A stretch of 64,000 nt of DNA from positions 1 through 64,000 of the IMG/VR virus record IMGVR_UViG_3300042539_000280; one strand, given 5' to 3'. The stretch is from a virus. Under the pieces are notes generated by a model. That model did not search any database, was not told where the DNA came from, and saw only the letters and a list, made by a program, of their open reading frames with translations. The position numbers and the translations under genes were made by a program. Below are positions 1 to 9,181 of the stretch, piece after piece (the first letter of the stretch is position 1; every line of letters starts with the position of its first letter).

Positions 1-990
1 ATCAGGATGTGAAAGAATAGCGACACTAGGACCGCCAAGATCGACGGCACTCTTACTCTGGATTCTGTCTTTTGCATATTGTAAGGCATTTTGAAACGCT
101 AACTCCGATTGCGATAGACCGTGAATGGCACAGCCTAATCTAAGTTCATTCATCATAACGAACATTGCTTGGAGACCCTTGCATCGTTCGCTTACAAGAT
201 ATCCAACAGCACCATCAAAGTTCATAACACAAGTTGGCGAACCATGAATACCCATCTTTTCTTCAATAGCACCACATGAAACCCAGTTTCTTTTATTCTT
301 ATATCCAAACTCATTGATAAACTTAGGCACAGCAAACAGACTAATGCCTTTGACGCCTTCTGGATCACCTTTGAAACGAGCAAGGACAAGATGGACAATG
401 TTTTCTGTTAGATCATGTTCACCACCAGAAATGAAAATCTTTTGACCAGTGATTCTATATGTACCATCTTCTTCACTAACCTCTGCGTATGTCTTGAGCA
501 AACCAAGATCGGTTCCGCAATGTGGTTCTGTTAGACACATTGTACCTGTCCATTCACCAGATACCATCTTAGGAATGAAATGATTTTTCTGTGTGTCATT
601 AGCAGAAACTAATAGTGCTTGGATAGCACCACGAGTAATGCCAGGAAACAAAGACCATGCCATGTTAGAAGAAGAAACATATTCATTCGCTGCAACAGCA
701 AGGGTGAATGGTAGACCTTGCCCACCATATTCCTCAGGGACCGAAAGACCGATCCAGCCGCCTTCTGCAAACGCCTTGTAAGGCTCTTTGAACGCTTCTG
801 GCGTTTTAACTTTACTTTCTTCTTTGACATACTTACAACCTTCAATATCACCAATCGCATTAGTTGGTGCAATGCTTTCTTCTGACAGTTTTGCAATCTC
901 TGTTAGGATTGGTTCTAGTAAATCGTTGTCAAACTTTAGAACATCACGAAGAAGGAATAGTGTGGAATCTACTGGTGCTTTATACTGCAT
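1..990 (-). CDS. Acyl-CoA dehydrogenase, MmgC/DmdC-like long type (runs off left edge; absent from ORF track)
   Basis: Manual translation from ATG at 990 (TAATG overlap with upstream stop): MQYKAPV..., EYGGQGLP, GTMCLTEPHCGTDLG, GQKIFISGGEHDLTENIVHLVLAR, IEEKMGIHGSPTC, MFVMMNELRLG, YAKDRIQ. Confidence 0.93.
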   Translation of the reverse strand, partial: MQYKAPVDSTLFLLRDVLKFDNDLLEPILTEIAKLSEESIAPTNAIGDIEGCKYVKEESKVKTPEAFKEPYKAFAEGGWIGLSVPEEYGGQGLPFTLAVAANEYVSSSNMAWSLFPGITRGAIQALLVSANDTQKNHFIPKMVSGEWTGTMCLTEPHCGTDLGLLKTYAEVSEEDGTYRITGQKIFISGGEHDLTENIVHLVLARFKGDPEGVKGISLFAVPKFINEFGYKNKRNWVSCGAIEEKMGIHGSPTCVMNFDGAVGYLVSERCKGLQAMFVMMNELRLGCAIHGLSQSELAFQNALQYAKDRIQSKSAVDLGGPSVAILSHPD

Positions 991-1262
991 TAGGATAATC
1001 CTTCTAAGTTCTCTAGCATCTTCTTCCAAGTTGCTCTATCAAATTCTGGTACATCTGTATAAAGGAAGCCCTCTGGCTTCTTCACTGCCATAATCTGTGT
1101 ATGATCTTTGATATGATGCCTCTTTTCTCTCGCATCTAGTTCATCCATATACTTTAGGTAACGCTCTGTAACATTATGTTCAAATCGCTTATCATGAGAG
1201 TAATGGACGGCATGAGAAATGTCCGCCTTCAATAGTTTTCTAAGTTCTTCCCATTTATCCAT
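990..1262 (-). CDS. Hypothetical protein (90 aa)
   Basis: ORF coupled to neighbours; no recognised motif. Confidence 0.7.
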   Translation of the reverse strand: MDKWEELRKLLKADISHAVHYSHDKRFEHNVTERYLKYMDELDAREKRHHIKDHTQIMAVKKPEGFLYTDVPEFDRATWKKMLENLEGLS

Positions 1263-1263
1263 T

Positions 1264-1860
1264 TTAGTCCTCGTATGTCATTGAATTGAAAGATATGGTT
1301 GCTCTATTATCCGAGTTGTTTTCATGTCCATTAGAACCGTGTTTTATCCAACCAGGAAAAAGTATCAGTTCACCCTTAGATGGTTTCATCCAATATGTTT
1401 CGCATGAATATACCGTGTCTGTTTGTTTAGGTATGAAACAAGGAATTTGGCTTGGATTACTAAAGATAATATTATTTGATCCTTCAGGTACAGACAGATA
1501 TAGACAACCTGAAACATAACTCAAAGGATGCATATGATCATGTAAGGCACTACCTTTTCTTTGTATATTGAACCAGCTGTTTGTAATTTTTGTAGGTAGA
1601 AATCCTGTAACATCAGAATACCGTAACAGAGTATCATTTATTCTACTAGAAAAATCTTCAAAACCCCGGATGGTATTCGTTATATCATCAATTATACACG
1701 AGTTGCTTCCATGTGAACAATTAGCATCATTAGTAAAATAGTCATGTTTTGAGGCCATATTTTTATATGTATCCACTAATAGGTCACATTTAGAAGATTC
1801 TAAAAAATTAGGAAATCTCATAACCAAAACAGGAAATAAATTTACTATTTCATAATTCAA
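1264..1860 (-). CDS. Putative 2OG-Fe(II) oxygenase (TIGR02466-like), AT-rich
   Basis: SWFN, HxH (HMH), SGCLYL, GELILFPGWIKHG, RATISFN. Confidence 0.85.
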   Translation of the reverse strand: MNYEIVNLFPVLVMRFPNFLESSKCDLLVDTYKNMASKHDYFTNDANCSHGSNSCIIDDITNTIRGFEDFSSRINDTLLRYSDVTGFLPTKITNSWFNIQRKGSALHDHMHPLSYVSGCLYLSVPEGSNNIIFSNPSQIPCFIPKQTDTVYSCETYWMKPSKGELILFPGWIKHGSNGHENNSDNRATISFNSMTYED

Positions 1861-2789
1861 ATTTTCATGCTCTCTATAATCTGGTCTAACGAATACTGCG
1901 GTTCAAATCCGATTGTTTCTTTTGCCTTAGTTGTATCAGCAACTAGATATGGAACATCACCTGGTCTTTTGTCCTTATATTCAATATTCATTTCACCATT
2001 ATGAATGATATTGTTCACTTTGTCAACCACTTCTTTTACGGAATAACCTTTACCACTACCGACATTCAATACAAGATTTTCTTTATTTTGTTCCATATGA
2101 CGATAGGCAAGAGTATGGGCCCGACAAATATCCCTAACGTCAATGAAATCTCTTATACAAGTTCCGTCTTTTGTTGGGTAATCATCACCGTATATTGTAG
2201 CATTTTTGTTTTGAACTAGGAGGGGAATAAGGTGAGTTTCAGGATCATGTTCTTCAAACAGGTTGGCCTTCTTGCTTCTACCTGCCACATTGAAGTATCT
2301 AAGAATGGCACTATTGATACCTTTTTCGTCCTGTAATACCTGCTCAACCATATACTTGGTCTTACCATATACAGAGAATGGATTAGGCGGAGTGTGTTCG
2401 AACAAATGCCCAAACATAGGATTCTTAGAGTTACCATATACTGCGGCAGTAGATGAAAAGATAAAGTATGGTATCTTTTGTTCTAAGGCCCTGGCAATGA
2501 GCCGTAAACTCCCCACGACATTATTTCTGTAGTATTTGAACGGGTCTCTTTCTCCTTCTTCGACACTGATGTAGGCGGCGAAGTGAAAGATGGCGTCCGT
2601 TCCCTCAGGTAAACTAATGGGATCCACAGCCAGATCAACATGATCATAACTATCATAAAGATGCCTAAGATGTCTTTTATCATTCTTATCTATTCCGTGT
2701 ATCTTGCAGTCATTATACAATGTACCAAGTTCGTGACACATATGACTGCCAATATACCCGTTACAACCTGTGACTACAAATGTTTTCAT
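1857..2789 (-). CDS. galE: UDP-glucose 4-epimerase
   Basis: VTGCNGYIGSH, HFAAYISVEE, FSSTAAVYG, YGKTK, LRYFNVAG, PETHLIP, TKDGTCIRDFIDV. Confidence 0.92.
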   Translation of the reverse strand: MKTFVVTGCNGYIGSHMCHELGTLYNDCKIHGIDKNDKRHLRHLYDSYDHVDLAVDPISLPEGTDAIFHFAAYISVEEGERDPFKYYRNNVVGSLRLIARALEQKIPYFIFSSTAAVYGNSKNPMFGHLFEHTPPNPFSVYGKTKYMVEQVLQDEKGINSAILRYFNVAGRSKKANLFEEHDPETHLIPLLVQNKNATIYGDDYPTKDGTCIRDFIDVRDICRAHTLAYRHMEQNKENLVLNVGSGKGYSVKEVVDKVNNIIHNGEMNIEYKDKRPGDVPYLVADTTKAKETIGFEPQYSLDQIIESMKI

Positions 2790-3334
2790 TTTGTTGCTAC
2801 CATCAATAGAACTGCACCTCTGGCAGGTTCTGGGTTTCTTTCATCTGGTATACGACGGATATCTTTGAATCCGGCGTTGAATAGTTCTCTTTCTAGTGAC
2901 TGTTCACTGAACCCATTGATATGTCCCATGCCTGGTATTTTATGTTCTTCTGGATGGCGCCATCCACCAAATAGATAGTCCATAGCATTATCCCATGAGT
3001 CCGTATTCTGACAGAGCCAATCTACATTAGCCTTTTCAAACCAATCGTTATTGACTATGCGAGTCATGATCCATAGAACATCAGGACAAGATATCTCAAA
3101 TACACCACCTGGTTTCAGGATACGATGTATCTCTTTCAATACCTTGGGTGCATCAAACTTTGTTAGGTGTTCGATAACATCACCAAGATAAATCTTGTCA
3201 GCGGAATTATCTTCATATGGATATGGAATGTGGCGCAGGTCGTGAACTTTAGTCACGCCTGCCCACTGGTGCATATCCATTCTGTCTGTAGCATCTGATT
3301 TAGGATGCGGACCAGAACCGATATCTAATATCAT
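2786..3334 (-). CDS. SAM-dependent methyltransferase (type 11-like)
   Basis: ILDIGSG, DVIEHL, EIHRILKPGG. Confidence 0.85.
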   Translation of the reverse strand: MILDIGSGPHPKSDATDRMDMHQWAGVTKVHDLRHIPYPYEDNSADKIYLGDVIEHLTKFDAPKVLKEIHRILKPGGVFEISCPDVLWIMTRIVNNDWFEKANVDWLCQNTDSWDNAMDYLFGGWRHPEEHKIPGMGHINGFSEQSLERELFNAGFKDIRRIPDERNPEPARGAVLLMVATK

Positions 3335-4323
3335 TTACCCTCCACGATATACTTGAGGCACATACGAACGGAGTCGTCAACCTTCATCTTTGCTTCCCAA
3401 CCAAGTTCTTCTTTGGCCTTGTCAACATTTGGAATACGAACACGGACATCGTTTTCATAATCACCAATGGAGTCGTATAGTAGGAAGTAATCATCAAGTA
3501 GTCTAAACTCGTTAGCAGCAATGTCCTTGATCTTCTCGGCCAAGACACGCATAGAGATTGGTTCCTGATTACCAAGATTGTAAATCTCGTTATCAGTCTT
3601 TTCAGAGAACGAATGATCGGCAATAGCAGCGGCTACTTCGTCAATCCATGTGAAGCAACGAACCTGGAAGCCATCACCTAGAATTGGTAGAGGACGCTTC
3701 TTTTCAATTACAATGTTCTTGATGTAATCAGCAAAAACGTGGGAAATACCGACTTCTTCGGACTCTGACTTCTCATATGGAGTAATGATGTTGAATGGAC
3801 GCCAGATTGTATATTTTAGGCCATGCTGCTTTAGATATGCCTTAGACACACGTTCACCAACAAACTTTGATAGACCGTAATCGGTGTATGGTGCTGGATT
3901 AGTATCTACAATATCTTCACGGACTGGATAAGCAAGTTCCTGTGGACAGTTCTCATAGACCATAGAAGATGAAATGTAGATTACCTTCTTGACGCCATGA
4001 GCAACGGCAGCACGAAGAACGTTATCGTGTAGAGTAATGTCCTTATACATTTCACCACAATACTTATTGAAGCCACCAACACCATAGATCGTAGCAGCAG
4101 CCTGAATGATATAGTCTGGCTTGACTTGCTTGATTAGATTATCAACGTTCAATCTATCGGTGAGGTCACACTTGATAAACTCATAATCATCGCCAGCAAT
4201 ACCTAGACGACCACCATAGCGGGCCAAATTGTCCACGCCATAAACAATATACTTCTTCTTTAGTAGAAGCGGAATTACCGCCTGCATCAAAGAACCTTCT
4301 GAACCTGTCACTAAAACTCTCAT
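3331..4323 (-). CDS. NAD-dependent nucleotide-sugar epimerase/decarboxylase (extended SDR, UXS/ArnA-like)
   Basis: RVLVTGSEGS, ISSSMVY, YGLSK, WRPFN, QVRCFTWI, YNLGN, RIPNVDKAKEELGW; start taken at MRVLV. Confidence 0.85.
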   Translation of the reverse strand: MRVLVTGSEGSLMQAVIPLLLKKKYIVYGVDNLARYGGRLGIAGDDYEFIKCDLTDRLNVDNLIKQVKPDYIIQAAATIYGVGGFNKYCGEMYKDITLHDNVLRAAVAHGVKKVIYISSSMVYENCPQELAYPVREDIVDTNPAPYTDYGLSKFVGERVSKAYLKQHGLKYTIWRPFNIITPYEKSESEEVGISHVFADYIKNIVIEKKRPLPILGDGFQVRCFTWIDEVAAAIADHSFSEKTDNEIYNLGNQEPISMRVLAEKIKDIAANEFRLLDDYFLLYDSIGDYENDVRVRIPNVDKAKEELGWEAKMKVDDSVRMCLKYIVEGK

Positions 4324-4327
4324 TTTA

Positions 4328-4945
4328 TTACCTTTCATATTCTGTATTTGTATTGAAACTTATGACACATCTATTTTCTGTATTGTTTAGATTAGGAGCA
4401 CCGTGTTTTAGATAACTAGGAAAAATAATCAAACTACCCACTTTAGGTAAAAAAGAAAAATTTCCATATGTATATTCGGTCAATTCTTTTTTATCTATAT
4501 AATCACAAAAAGGATTTGGATTTAAAATTTGAAGGTGACTGCTATCTTTATCTACATTTAGGAAAACTGCTCCAGAGACTACACTAGAAGAATGTGTATG
4601 ATACTTTAGTAAACTGCCTTTCTTTTGTATATTATACCAGCAGTTTGAAACCTTTAGTCGTTTTAAACCCATATTCTTACTAAAAGTATCCAAATAACTT
4701 TTTAATTTATCGTCAAAAGATATACCAATTTTTTCTAAAAAAATATTACGAATATAATCATCAGTATCAGAAAATTTCCATGATGTGTAACCATCACCTA
4801 TTGCGTTGTATAAGGACTCGGGAGTCTTTTCAAAATTAGTTTCTGGCAATAAATGATCGAAAAGTAATTTACATTCATCTTCTGTGAGGAAATTTTCTAT
4901 TTCCATGACAAGAGTAGGAAAAAGTTTCCACTCTTTTATGTTCAT
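4328..4945 (-). CDS. Putative 2OG-Fe(II) oxygenase (TIGR02466-like), AT-rich
   Basis: CWYN, HTH, SGAVFL, GSLIIFPSYLKHG, RCVISFN. Confidence 0.85.
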   Translation of the reverse strand: MNIKEWKLFPTLVMEIENFLTEDECKLLFDHLLPETNFEKTPESLYNAIGDGYTSWKFSDTDDYIRNIFLEKIGISFDDKLKSYLDTFSKNMGLKRLKVSNCWYNIQKKGSLLKYHTHSSSVVSGAVFLNVDKDSSHLQILNPNPFCDYIDKKELTEYTYGNFSFLPKVGSLIIFPSYLKHGAPNLNNTENRCVISFNTNTEYER

Positions 4946-6189
4946 AGCATATCTCCAACTTTATAAATGCCCGTATTACTTAGCTTACTTTCTGGAAACA
5001 TCTTCCAGACGTCCGCAATGATACAATCTTTTCTGAATAATGAAATGTTATATGCCATTTCTTTACCATCCATAAATTCATCATGTGGTGTCATTACAAT
5101 CACAGCATCAAATTCACCTTCACGAGGCACATTCAAATCCTCAATATGAAATGGGTCGATCATCCAAGATTGAACACCATGTTTCTTACACACCTTACGC
5201 ATCTTGAATGACAGACTGTTACGAGTATCATCACAACCCTTCTTGAAGGTTGCACCAAGGATCAACACCTTGTCTATCTGCGGGTTGAGTTCTTTGATAC
5301 GGTTAAAGACATACTCTGGCATGCCTTCATTGATAAGGAAGCTAGTTTGAATAAGGTCGCCGAAAGGAATATCAGAAAGAAGAAAACGACCATCTTTGAA
5401 TAGACAAGGGCCTCCGACATTAGGTCCAGGATGAGGTACTTCCATTCTCGGATAATCGAAATTACATGCGTCGATAACTTTGTCAATGTTCACTCCATGC
5501 TTTTCACCAATCATCCACATTTCATTGGCAAACGCAAAAGTAACATAACGATACATATTGGTCATCAACTTGCCAAGTTCTGCCTCTTTAGGAGTCAGTT
5601 GGAAGATTTGATTAGTAATAAATGTGCTAAAAAACTCCTTAGCAGTTCTATATGAAAAATCATTGAACGCACCAACAATCTGTGGTAGTTTGGTAGTTTC
5701 AATGATAGACTTACCCTGAACCACTCGCTCAGGACAGAATACTAGAAAATAGTCCATTCCCTCGACCCACTGTTTAGCATTGTTGATATGCTTTTTGAGA
5801 ACCTCAGTGGTACCAGGAGAAACAGTTGACCTAAGAACAATCAACTGGTGTTTTCTCATACGAGGAATAAGAGTAGTGTCAAGAAAATCAAAAAGATCAT
5901 CCAAGCGGGCATTGCCTTCTCCATCTACTGGTGTACCAATCATAATGGCAACAACGTCAACGTCCTTGATAAAATCAAAATCAGTTGTAAATAACAAACT
6001 CTCCTTGCGAAGGTTCTCCTGTAGAAATTCTACAGCACCTTCTTCAACATAAGGAACGAAACCTTTATTTAGTTGGTCAACCGCACTCTGGTTGACATCG
6101 ATACCATAGACAGTATGACCAGCATTAGCAATCACACATGAGAATGGAAAACCAACATGGCCGCCGGCACCAATTACTGCTACTTTCAT
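4942..6189 (-). CDS. Nucleotide-sugar 6-dehydrogenase (UDP-GlcNAc/ManNAc dehydrogenase, WecC-like)
   Basis: VIGAGGHVG, RSTVSPGTT, FCPERV, AELGKL, catalytic GGPCLFKD, GATFKKGCDDTRNS. Confidence 0.9.
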   Translation of the reverse strand: MKVAVIGAGGHVGFPFSCVIANAGHTVYGIDVNQSAVDQLNKGFVPYVEEGAVEFLQENLRKESLLFTTDFDFIKDVDVVAIMIGTPVDGEGNARLDDLFDFLDTTLIPRMRKHQLIVLRSTVSPGTTEVLKKHINNAKQWVEGMDYFLVFCPERVVQGKSIIETTKLPQIVGAFNDFSYRTAKEFFSTFITNQIFQLTPKEAELGKLMTNMYRYVTFAFANEMWMIGEKHGVNIDKVIDACNFDYPRMEVPHPGPNVGGPCLFKDGRFLLSDIPFGDLIQTSFLINEGMPEYVFNRIKELNPQIDKVLILGATFKKGCDDTRNSLSFKMRKVCKKHGVQSWMIDPFHIEDLNVPREGEFDAVIVMTPHDEFMDGKEMAYNISLFRKDCIIADVWKMFPESKLSNTGIYKVGDML

Positions 6190-7136
6190 CGTAACGTCTC
6201 CAATAAAACATCTTCAATATCATTACAGGTGTCTTGAATGGTATGATTAGCCATAACATAGTTATAGGCATCTTCAATCTTCTTATCGTTCCGTTTATGC
6301 TTACGGAGAAGTTTCATCAATTCCTGTTCGTCATTGTAAGTGGTGCCATAATAGCACATATCTTTAGCGCCGGCAATATCTCTCGCATACCAAGGAGTCT
6401 TATTCATCATGGCCTCTAAAAGGACAAGTCCGAAACCTTCCTCATAAGAGTTCATAATGTAAGCATCTGCCGATGCAATAGCAAATAATACATCCGTTTT
6501 AGATTTACCAAAGAAACACTTGACCACATCATTCTCGGTAGGCATCAAATGCTCCTCACCATATCCATATAGATGGAGTTCGGCATTAGGAATCTTGGCC
6601 TTCTTGAAAGCGGTAGCAAGAGGTGACATTGCCTTATGGGCCCAGAATCCACCAGCAGAAACAAAGATAGTCTTTTCTTTTGGTTTAGGTGTAAACCTCA
6701 TATGTCTTTCTATCACAATACCGTGACGCACACGGCGCCCTTTATCCATAACATTATGCTTTTTGAGGTGTTCAATGTCCATAGAGGTAGAGTAACCAAG
6801 AAAGCGATGGTGCATAAGGCCATGAAAACAACTTTGACTAATAGAAGGTTTGACGATTAGATATAGAACGGGTGACCGTAGTTTATCAGCATTGATATGA
6901 ACCATAGTCTGTGAGATAACATCACCACCATGAACAATAATCAAATCCCATTTCTGGTTCAGAATGGTGTTGTAATCATTTGTTACGATAACTCCATTTT
7001 GGTCACCTTTGTGTTCATGTGCTAGAACGGTAACATCATGCTTACGCTTTAGCATTTCCTCGGCCATATCTCTGACATAGTATTCAGAACCACCAGGATA
7101 TGGAACATAACGATGCACAACAAATAGTAATCTCAT
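6186..7136 (-). CDS. Glycosyltransferase, GT-B fold (GT4-like)
   Basis: YPGGSE at N-terminus; SYEEGFGLVLLEAM (EX7E) motif; ATGA overlap sets start at 7136. Confidence 0.88.
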   Translation of the reverse strand: MRLLFVVHRYVPYPGGSEYYVRDMAEEMLKRKHDVTVLAHEHKGDQNGVIVTNDYNTILNQKWDLIIVHGGDVISQTMVHINADKLRSPVLYLIVKPSISQSCFHGLMHHRFLGYSTSMDIEHLKKHNVMDKGRRVRHGIVIERHMRFTPKPKEKTIFVSAGGFWAHKAMSPLATAFKKAKIPNAELHLYGYGEEHLMPTENDVVKCFFGKSKTDVLFAIASADAYIMNSYEEGFGLVLLEAMMNKTPWYARDIAGAKDMCYYGTTYNDEQELMKLLRKHKRNDKKIEDAYNYVMANHTIQDTCNDIEDVLLETLR

Positions 7137-8020
7137 TTTCCACCCATCACATTTTGTTCCCACCAGTCACATAGATTGATCATGCTGGTGTAACAGTTAG
7201 GTATATCATTCTTGAAAGCAGGTTGTTCTATAATATCTAGGTACTCTTGTTTACCAGCAGGTGAATCGAGGTGCTGAATATAGTTTACCAACTTTTGGAA
7301 ATCACCATGATCGGACGCATTGATAAAGGCACGACTATTGAAATCTCTACCTACAGTAGGAGAACCCCAATAGATTGGCATAGTCTTGACCTGTAGAGCA
7401 TTGTATAGTTTTTCGGTCACATAACCTGGATAAGAACCGTTTTCAAAACAGATATTGAAACGGTAACTATTCAGAAAGTCCAGTTTGTAATGGAGTTTGT
7501 CTCTAGGTAGAACATGACCAATATTGTTTAGATGTGGTCCGCCAGAATCAACATGCTTATATTCATTGATAAAATGAAAAGCACGGTTACGCATTTCTTG
7601 ATTGGGATTAGATACAACGAAAGAGCAAAACTTTCTTTCATCATAATCTCTTTCATAATCATGTTCAAGATCGACCAATTGATAATAGTTAGTCGTCCAC
7701 TTTTCAGTAACCGCACCACACATATCGATCACATATAAAGGCAAACGATAGTGTCTAATACTATTCTCGTGGTCAAATGTCATGGCAAACTGACATTCAC
7801 CCCATGGCGGCCGGCAGTTTTCACCTGTATAAAAGATTTTGGTGACTTCTGTTCCAAAACTACGGTGGTTTTGTCCGTAGACTCCTTCACCGTAGATTAG
7901 ATATTCTGGGTGTGCATCGTCACGAATGATATGGAATCGCTCACTCAATGCCTTGGTAAAAAAGTTTACCGCAGTAGAAAAAGTATCAGCGAAGCCAAGT
8001 TTCAATGGCTTACGATTCAT
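7133..8020 (-). CDS. Alpha-1,3/4-fucosyltransferase-like glycosyltransferase (GT10)
   Basis: IFYTGEN, FCSFVVSN, YRFNICFENGSYPGYVTEKL, PIYWG, FINASD. Confidence 0.9.
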   Translation of the reverse strand: MNRKPLKLGFADTFSTAVNFFTKALSERFHIIRDDAHPEYLIYGEGVYGQNHRSFGTEVTKIFYTGENCRPPWGECQFAMTFDHENSIRHYRLPLYVIDMCGAVTEKWTTNYYQLVDLEHDYERDYDERKFCSFVVSNPNQEMRNRAFHFINEYKHVDSGGPHLNNIGHVLPRDKLHYKLDFLNSYRFNICFENGSYPGYVTEKLYNALQVKTMPIYWGSPTVGRDFNSRAFINASDHGDFQKLVNYIQHLDSPAGKQEYLDIIEQPAFKNDIPNCYTSMINLCDWWEQNVMGGK

Positions 8021-8604
8021 TACTTATACCAGAAAAAAGCGGAGTTGGTTGAAAGGTTGATTGGTGCGGTGATTCCACGCTTATCACGGAAATCAGTGAC
8101 AGCACGTTTTACATCCTCAATAGATGAATAATCATGACCGCAGAATAGACCACCCTTCTTTAGTTTAGGATAGTATCTGATACAATCGGCAAGTGTAGCA
8201 TCATATGAATGATCGCCATCAACAAAGATAAAATCATAGGATTCATCATCAAACTTATCAGCAGCATTTACTGATTCCTGACGGACCATTTCAAATCTTT
8301 TGCCATATGGTTTTAGATTGGCCTTGGCGATTTTCATAAACTTGTCCACAGTCTCCTGTGTAATTTCACCATTCCAATCATCATAACCCTTATAAGGATC
8401 CACAGTATAAATTTTCTTGATGTTTGGACATTTCTCTAATAGAAATGCAGTAGACTCGGCACGACAGGTGCCAATCTCAATACCAACCACATCGTCTCCG
8501 AGTCTACGAATATAAGGTGCCAATCCACGGGTAGAAACCCATTCATAGGGCCACTTCTCACCAAGTTCCTTGATGGTCATAAAATCTTCATCAGTCAAAG
8601 CCAT
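8020..8604 (-). CDS. Class I SAM-dependent methyltransferase (Methyltransf_24-like)
   Basis: GIEIGT, VDPY, DFIFVDGDHSY, LKKGGLFCGHDY; GGAG Shine-Dalgarno before 8604. Confidence 0.87.
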   Translation of the reverse strand: MALTDEDFMTIKELGEKWPYEWVSTRGLAPYIRRLGDDVVGIEIGTCRAESTAFLLEKCPNIKKIYTVDPYKGYDDWNGEITQETVDKFMKIAKANLKPYGKRFEMVRQESVNAADKFDDESYDFIFVDGDHSYDATLADCIRYYPKLKKGGLFCGHDYSSIEDVKRAVTDFRDKRGITAPINLSTNSAFFWYK

Positions 8605-8605
8605 G

Positions 8606-9181
8606 TTATTCTCCAAATATAAATTCAATATCCAAGTTTGTTAGGAATGCTACTGCGTTACCTGCATAGTAAGGATGGTTATACTCAAAATCAGAGAGAG
8701 GTTGTCCTTTAGCAGGTGACCAGTTATTATTCTGATCACGTTTCATTATTATATATGGTGCCTGGTTTTCTGTCAAGACCTTTTCAAAAGGTTTATTATA
8801 TCCGACAGGAAAACTTATAAGATAGTTTTGGGATTCGTTTCTGATCTTTTCGTAAATTTTCCAGGCCTTGTTATCTTCGGCCTTATGTCCATAATCAGTT
8901 GTACCAACATGCTCAATAGTGCTAATGGAAACTACATTCTTACCTTTGTAGTCAACGTCCATTGCATCTTTATGTATAGTGGTATTCTTATCAGTTACCA
9001 AGTCATATACAGGGTGTTCTGGGTCAGCATAGAAAGGAGTAACCTCACCGATTTCAATGAGGTTATCCTTATACTCTTTCATAAACCAAAATGCGACAGG
9101 TAATTCTACCCTTCTTTCATTTCCATTCGGATTGTTATATCCGTTCCATGATCCGTATTTTAGTTTTATTAGGTCAGCCAT
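8606..9181 (-). CDS. Hypothetical protein, methyltransferase-like
   Basis: ERRVELP, IEIG, SISTIEHVG motif seen in glycan-cluster methyltransferase-like proteins. Confidence 0.6.
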   Translation of the reverse strand: MADLIKLKYGSWNGYNNPNGNERRVELPVAFWFMKEYKDNLIEIGEVTPFYADPEHPVYDLVTDKNTTIHKDAMDVDYKGKNVVSISTIEHVGTTDYGHKAEDNKAWKIYEKIRNESQNYLISFPVGYNKPFEKVLTENQAPYIIMKRDQNNNWSPAKGQPLSDFEYNHPYYAGNAVAFLTNLDIEFIFGE

